Positions 31,237-40,393 of a DNA stretch of 64,000 nt are shown here, piece by piece. Both the position numbers and the translations under genes were made by a program. The stretch is from NCBI GenBank assembly GCA_000998135.1, contig LCCV01000004.1, forward strand, positions 21,681 to 85,680. The letters are read 5' to 3'. Source of the DNA: Parcubacteria group bacterium GW2011_GWA2_42_14. Lineage in GTDB: Bacteria; Patescibacteriota; Minisyncoccia; Sungbacterales; GWA2-42-14. The notes below the pieces were generated by a model. It was not told where the DNA came from. It searched no databases and saw only the letters and a list, made by a program, of their open reading frames with translations. Each line of letters starts with the position of its first letter. Within the stretch, counting starts at the first letter, position 1.

Positions 31237-31307
31237 GCGAGATTGGTTTAGTGGTAAAACGAGTGCTTCCCAAGCATTAGACAGGAGTTCGATTCTCCTA
31301 TCTCGCA
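31237..31307 (+). tRNA. tRNA-Gly(CCC)
   Basis: Acceptor GCGAGAT/ATCTCGC, anticodon arm AGTGC-TTCCCAA-GCATT, T arm AGGAG-TTCGATT-CTCCT; CCA not encoded. Confidence 0.93.
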
Positions 31308-31308
31308 C

Positions 31309-32184
31309 AATAGTGGACTTTTCGCGCTTCGGCACATCAATCGCCGTTTCTATTTCAGAAAATCTGCGGGTTCTAACATCGTCTAATTGCCCGTATAGAG
31401 AAATGGAACTTTTTATTGCTGATTATTAAAATCTTCTGAGAAAGAAATGGTTTTTGAGTGGTCGGGTGAGGTTCTAACCAAAAACCTACTAGCTATTGAC
31501 TTATTTTTAGTTTTGTAATAGTCTTGATAATAGAAGTTTCAACCTACCCGAACCCCTCAAGCCGAGTGTTCGGCTTCAAAGGTAAATTTCGGCAAAAACA
31601 AACAGAGAAGGAGGGACCGAAAGATGTTCGGAGTAATCATCGCGGTTTTGATCGGACTGTTTCAGTACATTTTTGTCACGAAGACGCCGGAGGCAATCTG
31701 GCTGACTTCCACGGGCTTTCTGTTTTGGTGGTACATAGTGTGGTCGTCAATCCTTGCCATCATCGTTTTCCTTGTGATGTTGGGTATCACTGGTGCCACG
31801 ACATTCGCGGCTGGATCCACTGGATACGGTGCTGGTAGCAAGTTGTTGCGGGGTATTGGTGGTTTTGTTGGAGGCGGAGCTCTTTCATTGCTGGTCGGTG
31901 TTTTGTTCTTCATTTCCGCTGGCCTAAAAATCGGAGGCATATACTTGCTTTCAACTGCAGTTGTACTTACCGAGCAGGGCTATGTGTGGAATACTACGAC
32001 TTTGATTTTCGGCACCCTTGCTTTGGTCGTTGGACTCATTATGAGCAAATCTTCAGGTTCTTCATCCTCGTCAAAATCCTAGACTGGCGAGGCAAACGAG
32101 TTTGGCTGGTTGAGCGTATCAACCAGCCGTTTTTTATGTAAAATCAGTTCGAGAGAGGTTCTAACATCGTCTATAAAAGTGCAC
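31309..32184. mobile_element. tRNA-anchored cassette 1
   Basis: Left arm AATAGTGGACTTTT...GGTTCTAAC (31369, 31470); passenger gene; right arm AGGTTCTAACATCGTCTATAAAAGTGCAC (32156-32184). Confidence 0.8.
31624..32082 (+). CDS. Multi-pass membrane protein (cassette 1 passenger)
   Basis: GGAGG RBS, four hydrophobic segments, terminator hairpin 32104-32135. Confidence 0.75.
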   Translation: MFGVIIAVLIGLFQYIFVTKTPEAIWLTSTGFLFWWYIVWSSILAIIVFLVMLGITGATTFAAGSTGYGAGSKLLRGIGGFVGGGALSLLVGVLFFISAGLKIGGIYLLSTAVVLTEQGYVWNTTTLIFGTLALVVGLIMSKSSGSSSSSKS

Positions 32185-32909
32185 ACTAGTGGACCTTTAG
32201 CGTTCTTGCCGCGCGAAAAGTATTTAGACTTCAGAAATCTCGGAGGTTCTAACGCCGTCTCGTTGCTTGTATAGGGAAAGAGAAAAATTTTTAATTGTCA
32301 AAACCAATTCTTCTGAGAAAGAAATGGTTTTTGAGTGGTCGGGTGAGGTTCTAACTAAAAACCACGAGACCTTGTATTTTTTAAGGGAATGATATAATAT
32401 TCTCTACAGAATAGAACACAACAGATACACATTAGGAGGTTTAGACGATGGGAAAGATGGCTTTGCTCGCTGTTTTATTGAGTGTTTTCGTTTTGACCGC
32501 TTGCGACAATGCGCCGCGTTTACCACAAGGAACGCTTGTGAAAGAAGACAACGCAGAAATCCAGGCGCAGTTTGACCGACTTAGCAAAGATGAAACCGCT
32601 ACCGTCACAATCGGAGACGAACATGTAATGTTGATGGTTTTAAAAGATTTCATGAGTACGGACAACATCCGTGGTGTTGGTGGCGGTGATCCATGCAAAG
32701 CATACCGACTTACTGCGAAGGATGGGACAAAAGAAGTTGGGGTTGTCTGCAAAAGTATGCCGTTCGGCAAGAAGTGGGAACATCGCCCGTGGCGCGAATG
32801 GTTTCATTCACTTAGATAATCGTCTAACAGCACAAGCGCCCTTGAGGACACAACCCCAGGGGCATTTTCTTTCAAAATCGAGGTTCTAACGTCGTCTATA
32901 AAAGTGCAC
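32185..32909. mobile_element. tRNA-anchored cassette 2
   Basis: ACTAGTGGACCTTT...GGTTCTAAC (32245, 32347); 47 bp identical to the cassette 1 arm; right arm 32881-32909. Confidence 0.8.
32448..32819 (+). CDS. Putative lipoprotein (cassette 2 passenger)
   Basis: Signal peptide with LTAC lipobox; TATAAT and AGGAGG upstream; hairpin downstream. Confidence 0.75.
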   Translation: MGKMALLAVLLSVFVLTACDNAPRLPQGTLVKEDNAEIQAQFDRLSKDETATVTIGDEHVMLMVLKDFMSTDNIRGVGGGDPCKAYRLTAKDGTKEVGVVCKSMPFGKKWEHRPWREWFHSLR

Positions 32910-33135
32910 CAAAATCTGATTTTCGGAAAATTGACCGACTTTTTCGTTGGCGGCGCAAAGCGCCGCCACCGAAATGGTCTGGAAATTTGCAATTCGTCAG
33001 ATTTTGGTGTGTCTTTACGGTTTGGCTCGAACTCATTTTATCCGAAATTCCTAAAAACTGACTGGAGGCCGCGCTTCGCGCGGAGAATCAGGAATTTTTG
33101 ATAAAATAGTTTCGAGCCGTACTGTAAAGATACAC
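32910..33135. mobile_element. 226-bp double-palindrome mini-element inserted at the cassette 2/3 junction
   Basis: CACCAAAATCTGA / TCAGATTTTGGTG and about 48-bp imperfect inverted arms at 33007-33054 / 33088-33135. Confidence 0.65.
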
Positions 33136-34129
33136 AATAGTGGACTTTTAGCGCTTCGGCGCATCAATTGCCGTTTCTATTTCAGAAATCTCGCGGGTTC
33201 TCCTCCTTCGCTCTACGAGCTTCGGCGGACGCAGTAACACTTGCCTTGCCGTAGCTTCAGCGAAGGCAGGTCGTCTCGCTGCCCGCTTGCCCTGCCGTAG
33301 CTTTACGCGACTGCGTGCCACCTTAGCTTTAGCGGTGGAGCAAGGCGGGTATAGAGAAGTAGAACTTTTTATTGCTAAAAACTAAAATTTTCTGAAAAAG
33401 AAATGGTTTCTCAATGGTTTTGCAGAGGTTCTAACAAAAAAGCGGCTTGATGTTATCGCGCCGCTATGGATAGTGGAATAGTGGTTTTAAGAATCTTCTT
33501 CGTCATACTCGATTTGTTGTTTTAAGATGCTCTCTTGAATATTGTTTGGTTTATCAACAGTCCAGTACTTCCAATGCGGCTTAATCCACCATGAATGAAA
33601 TTTAATGTTAACCCTGCCTTCAAAAAATATCTCCATCAGATGATCATCCAATACGATTCTTAAGAACGATCTTTCGGGCTCCGGAAGGGCGGGATCATAC
33701 GGATCAATTCCACGATTTAATATAACCATTTTTCCAACACCATCTTCCGTTGGCTCAATTCTCTCATATGCCAGAGAAAACCCCTTTTGATAATCATTCA
33801 AAAGAAAGTGAAACACCTCGCTTGAATCAATAAATAGATGCAGACCCGATTTGTTTTTTTTAAAAGTAAGCGTTCGGCCTTCTAATTTTTTATTGACCTT
33901 TACCGTACCGCCCATTGAGCCGACTAATCTAATATACAGCAAATCTACGGGATACTTGTCCAGACACAGCTTTAAATTTTTAAAATCTAACTTTTTTGGC
34001 ATCCAATATTGTTCCATCCGAAAACCCTCTAATTTTATATTTTGTAAAGTAACTTATCTGATATTACTTTAACGATATTAGACATTTTTGCAAATGAAAC
34101 AGGTTCTAACGTCGTCTATAAAAGTGCAT
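33136..34129. mobile_element. tRNA-anchored cassette 3
   Basis: Left arm matches cassette 1 once REP-like inserts are removed; GGTTCTAAC 33427; right arm 34101-34128 identical to 32881-32908. Confidence 0.8.
33487..34017 (-). CDS. Hypothetical protein (cassette 3 passenger)
   Basis: 176-aa ORF with GAGGG upstream; opposite orientation to the other passengers. Confidence 0.7.
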   Translation of the reverse strand: MEQYWMPKKLDFKNLKLCLDKYPVDLLYIRLVGSMGGTVKVNKKLEGRTLTFKKNKSGLHLFIDSSEVFHFLLNDYQKGFSLAYERIEPTEDGVGKMVILNRGIDPYDPALPEPERSFLRIVLDDHLMEIFFEGRVNIKFHSWWIKPHWKYWTVDKPNNIQESILKQQIEYDEEDS

Positions 34130-34165
34130 AAAAAATTAAAACGGCCGTTAAAGCCGTTTTTAAAA

Positions 34166-34477
34166 TTAATTGTCCGGTGCCGAAGAAATTTTCAATTGCG
34201 CCATTCTTAATCTTGCGATAAGGCGTACGCGGAAATCCTCCGATTGGAAGGGGTTGTATTTTTTCGTGTCAATCTTGGTCACGATTCTTTCCCGTTCTTC
34301 AAGAAACCCCCGTTCGTCGCATTCATGCAGAAGTCCGAAATATCCGTCCCAAGCTTTTTCTTGGGTGATATTTTTGTTTTTAACCAGTTCATCCAGCAGT
34401 TTTTCATAATGCAAGATTTGGGCAAGGGCTTCGTTGTTCGTCAGTTTTTTTGCTTCAATTTCGTCAAAATCCATCAT
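34166..34477 (-). CDS. Hypothetical protein
   Basis: AAGGAGG RBS upstream of the ATG. Confidence 0.65.
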   Translation of the reverse strand: MMDFDEIEAKKLTNNEALAQILHYEKLLDELVKNKNITQEKAWDGYFGLLHECDERGFLEERERIVTKIDTKKYNPFQSEDFRVRLIARLRMAQLKISSAPDN

Positions 34478-34616
34478 ATTCCTCCTTGGCAGAATTTGTG
34501 CTGATTAAGAGGTAGCATAATTAATTCTTTTAAGCAATCTTGTCAGTGGATTTGATATTTGATTTTATTTATGCAACAAATGGGTTTATTGTTCGTTAAA
34601 AATTGCGGAGACACTG

Positions 34617-35504
34617 TTGAAAATAGTCATATCGGTTTTAGCCGCTATTTTTCTTTTCGCATTCGGTTCAGCGCTTCAGGCAAAGGAATTTTTGCGGGTG
34701 AAAGTATTATCTAAAAATACGCGTCCCGGCGATACCGTCATTATCAAACTTGATTCTTCCTACGAAATAAAAGAAGCGCGGGTTTTTACTGAATTTAACA
34801 GGCCTGCGCCGTGTTTTAATTTAGACCGGCAATGGTATTGTGTCGCGGGCATACCTTCGGCATATTCAAAAAAATCCATTGAGCTGATGTTTGATGTAAA
34901 AACAAAAGAGCCGTATTTCCTGATGATTAAAGAAGAAATTTCTGTCGGAAAAAAATCGTTTCCCAAAATTTCGTGGCCTTCTCCCTGGCCATTGTCCGGT
35001 CAGGCGGAAGCGCGTGTTTTTCGGGAAAAAGAAATGTTTAAAATAAAAATAGAAAATTCTTCAACCACATTCGTTCCGTCCGGCGCTTTTGCTTTACCCC
35101 TGGCCAAGATTAAAAAAGTTACTTCTCTTTTCGGAGAGCGCAGGGTTCGCCCCAAACCCCATCTTCCCAGAATTCATAATGGTGTTGATTTTAGGGCCAA
35201 AGCCGGTACGCCGGTTTACGCCCCCAATGACGGCGTTGTGGAAATTTCCGATGATTTTTATTTTGAAGGCGGATTTATTTTGCTTGACCATGGCGGCGGG
35301 ATAAAATCGAACTTCATGCATCTTTCTAAATTGTCGGTAAGGACAGGGGATAAAGTTTTGCGGGGACAGATTATTGGATATTCCGGAAAGACAGGGGCGG
35401 GGATTAGCGCTCCGCATCTTCATTTTGAAATTTGGGTTCATGATACTCCGGTTGACACGTTTAATTTTATTAAGGATTTTAACAAACTTATTTTCAAAAA
35501 ATAA
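34617..35504 (+). CDS. M23 family metallopeptidase
   Basis: Signal peptide; HNGVD and HLHFE motifs. Confidence 0.92.
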   Translation: MKIVISVLAAIFLFAFGSALQAKEFLRVKVLSKNTRPGDTVIIKLDSSYEIKEARVFTEFNRPAPCFNLDRQWYCVAGIPSAYSKKSIELMFDVKTKEPYFLMIKEEISVGKKSFPKISWPSPWPLSGQAEARVFREKEMFKIKIENSSTTFVPSGAFALPLAKIKKVTSLFGERRVRPKPHLPRIHNGVDFRAKAGTPVYAPNDGVVEISDDFYFEGGFILLDHGGGIKSNFMHLSKLSVRTGDKVLRGQIIGYSGKTGAGISAPHLHFEIWVHDTPVDTFNFIKDFNKLIFKK

Positions 35505-35699
35505 GGATTGTTTTTATGAAATATCCGCACATTTAACGTGCGGTTTTTAATTTCACTGTTATTAGTTCTTTTTTAGGTATCTATTTATTTATCTATCGTC
35601 AGATAAATAGATACTTTTGGAAAAATGATAAGTAAATACGCGCTTTTTCAAGCGCGCGTATTTTTTTTTAAATTATGGAGATTGAACCTCCATAGATTA

Positions 35700-37814
35700 T
35701 TAATCTGACTCGTTGAATTGTTCGTTTTCAGATTCTTGCTGAGATGTTGATTCGGGTCCTTTATTTTTCATAGAAAACGGTTTGAACGGGTCGGTATTTT
35801 CCGGAAAAATCTCGCAGGAGCCGTCTTTGTAAATTTCATTCATTATTTTGATGAAGAGCGGTAAAATGTTTTTGCCGCCGGTTTCTTCCTCTCCGAGCGG
35901 TAATTTTTTATCAAACCCCATCCAGCCGCCAAAAATGTATGAAGGAGTAAAACCAATGAACCAGTTATCGGTTGCCTGCCCTTTTTCATTGGTGGCGGTT
36001 CCGGTTTTTCCCGCGGCCGGGCATTTGAATTCAGGATTTAATCTTTTCCAATTTGCCCGATAAGCAGTTCCGTGCCGGTATTCCACAACGCCGCGAAGGC
36101 CGCGAACCATTTGTAGCGCCGTTGATTCATCTAAAATCTTTTCATCTTCTTGCGGTTTATACCGTTCAATTTCTTTATCATTGCGGTCAAAAATTGTTTC
36201 AATCATGTAGGGTTCAATTTTTCCTCCAAAATTGGCAATTATGTTTATGGCTTTGGTTAAATCCATGAGAGTTACTTCGGAAGCGCCAATGGCTGTGGTC
36301 GGATAATCATAAAGCGCGGTGGAAATTCCCATTTTTTTCGCGAGTTCATTTACTTCTTTGATGTTTAGCAATTTGCATCGCGTTACCAGACAAACTGTGG
36401 CTGCATTTCGTGATTCCCAAAGCGCAATTTTTAATTCTGTTTCGCCGCGGTAACGCGGTATATTTTTATACGGGTAATTCTGAATGCATTTTTTGGGTTT
36501 ATCTTTGCCCATGTTGAGGCAGATGGTTCTTACGTCTTGGGTTTTGCATTTTCCTTCGCCTTCGTCATTGCAGTCAAGTTTGGCGCCGTTTTTAACGGCC
36601 GCCGTGTAAACAATCGCTTTGAAAGCGGAACCCGGTTGGCGTTTGGCCTGATAAACCCTGTCAAATTTATCCTGTTCAAAGTCCTCGCTGTTCACCCAGG
36701 CCTTTATTTCGCCGGTTGCTACCTGCATGATAACCAAAGCGCCTGTTATTTTTTCCGTTTTTTCTTCGGAAACCGGATGCCGTTTGTGATATTCGGCGAT
36801 TGCCTCTCCTACCGCCGTTTCAGCGAATTCCTGAAGATATTTGTTGATGGTGAGCTGGATTTTAAGTCCTCCCATCCATACTTCATTTTCATCGTAACGC
36901 AGTTTTAATTGTTGTCTGACATATTCCAAAATATGCGAATTGGGAAAGCGATGATTTTCTTGGGGCGGAGCCGGGGGCAGGGGATGTTTGATAAACGCGC
37001 TGAACTCTGCGTTGCTGATGATTTTTTCGTCCAGCAACTGTTTTAAAACGCGCGTTCTTAATTTTTCCGCTTTTTCTTTCATTCCTTCGTTGAACGGTGA
37101 GCGGCTGGGCGAACGTATGAGCCCTGCCAGCATGGCCGTTTCCGGGATTGTCAGTTCTTTGGCGCTTTTTTGAAAATACCAAAGCGAGGCGGCTTCCACT
37201 CCGAAATTGCCATTGCCGAGATACATATGATTAAGCCATAATTCCAAAATCTGTTCTTTGGACAAGTTTTTTTCAATATAATAGGCGATTACGGCCTTGC
37301 GTATTTTTTTTCTCCATAAAGATTGGCGCACTAAATTTTGTTCAACATCATTTTCTTGAATAACTGCGATTTGCGCGAGTTGTTGGGGAATGGTTGAAGC
37401 GCCCTCGGCCGGACGATGTTCTTTTATGTTTCGCAGGACGGAACGGTAAAGCGAGCAAGGGTCAACGGAAACATGGAATTTTTCAACAACGGAACGCGCA
37501 AGTCCACAGAAATTTCCTTCGGGCTCTTCGGCGAAGAATCGTTTGTCTTCGGCGGCAATGAATACCTTTTGTACGGTTTCTCCCATTTCCGAAAGCGGGA
37601 TTACTATTCTGTTTTCTTTGGCAAATCCCCCTATTTCTTCCCAATTTTCGTCATATACTATGGTTGTGGCCGGGGGCCGGTAATTTAGCAATGATTCCAT
37701 GTTGGGTTTGGCAAGAAGGTCGGAAAAATAATAAAACAGTAAGATGGCGAGCATTATTTTTAATGTAAATCCCACGCCAAAGATAATCAGCCACTTTTTC
37801 AGCCGTTTTTTCAT
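35700..37814 (-). CDS. Class A penicillin-binding protein (PBP1A-like)
   Basis: EDKRF, GASTI.QQ, SAFK, SRN, KTG. Confidence 0.93.
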   Translation of the reverse strand: MKKRLKKWLIIFGVGFTLKIMLAILLFYYFSDLLAKPNMESLLNYRPPATTIVYDENWEEIGGFAKENRIVIPLSEMGETVQKVFIAAEDKRFFAEEPEGNFCGLARSVVEKFHVSVDPCSLYRSVLRNIKEHRPAEGASTIPQQLAQIAVIQENDVEQNLVRQSLWRKKIRKAVIAYYIEKNLSKEQILELWLNHMYLGNGNFGVEAASLWYFQKSAKELTIPETAMLAGLIRSPSRSPFNEGMKEKAEKLRTRVLKQLLDEKIISNAEFSAFIKHPLPPAPPQENHRFPNSHILEYVRQQLKLRYDENEVWMGGLKIQLTINKYLQEFAETAVGEAIAEYHKRHPVSEEKTEKITGALVIMQVATGEIKAWVNSEDFEQDKFDRVYQAKRQPGSAFKAIVYTAAVKNGAKLDCNDEGEGKCKTQDVRTICLNMGKDKPKKCIQNYPYKNIPRYRGETELKIALWESRNAATVCLVTRCKLLNIKEVNELAKKMGISTALYDYPTTAIGASEVTLMDLTKAINIIANFGGKIEPYMIETIFDRNDKEIERYKPQEDEKILDESTALQMVRGLRGVVEYRHGTAYRANWKRLNPEFKCPAAGKTGTATNEKGQATDNWFIGFTPSYIFGGWMGFDKKLPLGEEETGGKNILPLFIKIMNEIYKDGSCEIFPENTDPFKPFSMKNKGPESTSQQESENEQFNESD

Positions 37815-37956
37815 CGGTTTTTGTCGTATTGAATTGTGAAGGTGCTATTCGTTAATGTATAATTTTTCGGCTAAAAGTCAAAGTTTGCAAAATATCTTTA
37901 ATTCTGCCACTTTTATAATTAGCTTCTTGTAAATTTAAAAATAGCGGAGGAGCATC

Positions 37957-38943
37957 ATGGAAAAAATAATTACCGGTTTTATTGCTGTTTTTTTGCTGTC
38001 TTTTGCCAATTCGGTTTTAGCCGAACCACACATACCGAAGCCGGATTCTTTTTCGGCAATTTCCCAGGAGCAATACCAAGAAATGTTGGAACAAATTCAG
38101 GCCCTTCAGGAAAAAGTAGAAACGCTGGAAAATTATATTCAGGCCATCGGCCGATTTTCTATTCCCAAAGAAATTGAATTCTGCGGGCAAAAAATGCCGA
38201 TTGATAAATGGTATGTCCGCGAGGAATTAGATAAGCAATTACTCGCCTTGAGTTATAACCGTAGGCAGGTGGTTACCTGGATGAAAAGATCGGGAAAATT
38301 TTTTCCGTACATGGAATCCGAATTAAAAAGGACGAAGCTGCCCGATTGTCTTAAATATTTGATTATTGCTGAATCAAGCTTGTTGGAAGATGCTTCTTCC
38401 CGGGCCGGGGCCAAAGGCATTGCGCAATTCATGAAAGAAACCGGACGGCTTTATAATCTTTCCTATTCGGAGTTTGTGGACGAGCGGATGAATTTTGAAA
38501 AATCAATTACTGCCGCTTTTTCACACCTTAGAGATTTGCATAATGAATTTGGAGATTGGCCGCTTGCTTTAGCAGGATATAACGCCGGAGCCGGAAAAGT
38601 TCGCGAAGTTAAGAGAGTACAAGGAGTAGGGGAATATTGGCGGATGCTCTTTTTGAATAAAAACGGAGTTTCGACCGAAACCAATTCTTATGTCTATAAA
38701 ATCATTGCGGTGAAATTGATTTTTGAAGACCCGAAGAGTTTTGGGTTTTTGCTTGGAGAAGACGATGTTTTTTTGACGCCGGAAACAAAAGAGATTGTTG
38801 TTGCGTTAAGCCGTCCCACTCTGCTTACGGATATCGCGCGCCGTTACCAAACGTCATTTTTTGAAATTAAAAAGCTTAACCCCTGGATCAGGGGGGCTAA
38901 TCTCGGAAAAGGAACGTGGAGGTTGAAAATACCCGCAAATTAA
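37957..38943 (+). CDS. Lytic transglycosylase (MltD-like SLT)
   Basis: AES, SRAGAKGIAQFM, AGYNAG, ETNSYV, C-terminal LysM-like segment. Confidence 0.9.
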   Translation: MEKIITGFIAVFLLSFANSVLAEPHIPKPDSFSAISQEQYQEMLEQIQALQEKVETLENYIQAIGRFSIPKEIEFCGQKMPIDKWYVREELDKQLLALSYNRRQVVTWMKRSGKFFPYMESELKRTKLPDCLKYLIIAESSLLEDASSRAGAKGIAQFMKETGRLYNLSYSEFVDERMNFEKSITAAFSHLRDLHNEFGDWPLALAGYNAGAGKVREVKRVQGVGEYWRMLFLNKNGVSTETNSYVYKIIAVKLIFEDPKSFGFLLGEDDVFLTPETKEIVVALSRPTLLTDIARRYQTSFFEIKKLNPWIRGANLGKGTWRLKIPAN

Positions 38944-39034
38944 CCACGTTAAAGGCCATAATACGGCCTTTTTTCATAAGCAACACCGAGTGTTGCTTAT
39001 TTGGCTGGCGGAAAATAATAGGTATAATGGATTT

Positions 39035-40348
39035 ATGAAGAAATATTTTATTGCCAGTTTGGCCTCTTTCGGAATTATCGGCGCTTTTTGGCTGTCTGCC
39101 AATTTTAATATTGTCAATATTTCCGGGCTGTGGAATAAAACGCCTTCGCAGGGCCTTGCTCAAAAAGAGGAAAAAACAAATGAACCGGAAAAACCGCGTG
39201 AAAAAACAAAAGAAGAATTGGTTGCCGAAGCCCTGGAAAAATCAAATAATATTAAAGGGGTTTATATGACCGCGGCCGTTGCCACCGACAATGGGGCCGC
39301 TTCCAAACGTCTTCGCCAATCACTTGTGGATTTGGTTAAGACAACGGAATTAAATGGGATTGTTATTGATATCAAAGAAACTGACGGGGTTTTTCTTCCA
39401 GAATCTCTGAAAAAATTTATTGAAGAATTGCATAAAGACGATATTTGGGTGATTGCGCGTTTGGTCGTTTTTAACGACACGGTTGAGGCCAAAGCAAATC
39501 CAAAAATAGCATTAAAACGCATCAATGGAAAATTATGGCTAGACCGGCGGGGAAATGGCTGGCTGGATCCGGCAAGTCAAGAGGCCTGGGATTATATTGC
39601 CGGAATTTCTAAAAAAGCAATTGATTATGGATTTGATGAGATTCAATACGACTATATAAGATTTCCATCTGACGGCGATACAAAAAATATTGTCTACCCT
39701 GTGTATAAATCTAAAACAACTCCTAAATATGTTGTCTTGAAATCATTTTTTGAATATATCAGCAAGGCATTGAAAGAATATAAACCCAGTATAATTCTTT
39801 CGGCTGACCTTTTTGGGTACGTGGCCACACAAGCTAATGATTTGGGAGTTGGGCAGAGAATTGAAGACATCGGCAACAGTTTTGATTATATTTCTTTTAT
39901 GCTTTATCCGAGCCACTATTATTCCGGTTTCCAGGTTCCGGCAGATTCTGTTCGCGGACTCCCCGCCGTTTATTTTCCCTACCGGGGAAAAGTCGTAAAA
40001 GATTTGGCTTCCAATCGGCCTTATGAAGTCGTGCATCGTTCATTGCTTTTCGCCATGGATATTTTGTCGGGAAGAGTTGCCACTTCATCTTTGGCTGGCG
40101 TTAACGCAAAAAAAATGGCTACTTCAACGTTGATTGTGCGGGAATCCGAAATTAAGCCGTTAAGCAAATCCCGGCTTCGGCCATGGCTTCAGGATTTTGA
40201 TTTGTCCGCCGACACTTCCAGAGGCATAAAGTACGACGTGGAAAAGGTCAGGGCGCAAATTATGGCCTCCGAAAACGCCGGCGCTTCCGGCTGGCTCTTG
40301 TGGAATCCGTCCAATGTTTATACTAAAGAAGCTTTGCAGTTAAAGTAG
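39035..40348 (+). CDS. Putative glycoside hydrolase (DUF4015-like)
   Basis: GFDEIQYDYIRFP, MLYPSHY, RPWLQDF, GWLLWNPSNVY. Confidence 0.85.
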   Translation: MKKYFIASLASFGIIGAFWLSANFNIVNISGLWNKTPSQGLAQKEEKTNEPEKPREKTKEELVAEALEKSNNIKGVYMTAAVATDNGAASKRLRQSLVDLVKTTELNGIVIDIKETDGVFLPESLKKFIEELHKDDIWVIARLVVFNDTVEAKANPKIALKRINGKLWLDRRGNGWLDPASQEAWDYIAGISKKAIDYGFDEIQYDYIRFPSDGDTKNIVYPVYKSKTTPKYVVLKSFFEYISKALKEYKPSIILSADLFGYVATQANDLGVGQRIEDIGNSFDYISFMLYPSHYYSGFQVPADSVRGLPAVYFPYRGKVVKDLASNRPYEVVHRSLLFAMDILSGRVATSSLAGVNAKKMATSTLIVRESEIKPLSKSRLRPWLQDFDLSADTSRGIKYDVEKVRAQIMASENAGASGWLLWNPSNVYTKEALQLK

Positions 40349-40393
40349 ATTGTCCAGCTCTTGTAAATTAACCTCATTTCGATTATAATCGAA

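Noticed and set aside
31235-31429. 64-aa ORF
   Set aside because: Overlaps the tRNA and the non-coding cassette arm
32804-33101. Short ORFs 32804-32992 and 32904-33101
   Set aside because: They lie across palindromic junction sequence with no RBS or recognisable domain
31369-34128. GGTTCTAAC repeats as a CRISPR array
   Set aside because: Spacing is irregular (about 90-690 nt), intervals contain whole genes or conserved sequence, and no cas genes are present
31309-34129. Canonical integron with attC sites
   Set aside because: Boxes are all direct repeats with no paired GTTRRRY end, passengers have their own promoters and mixed orientation, and there is no intI in the window
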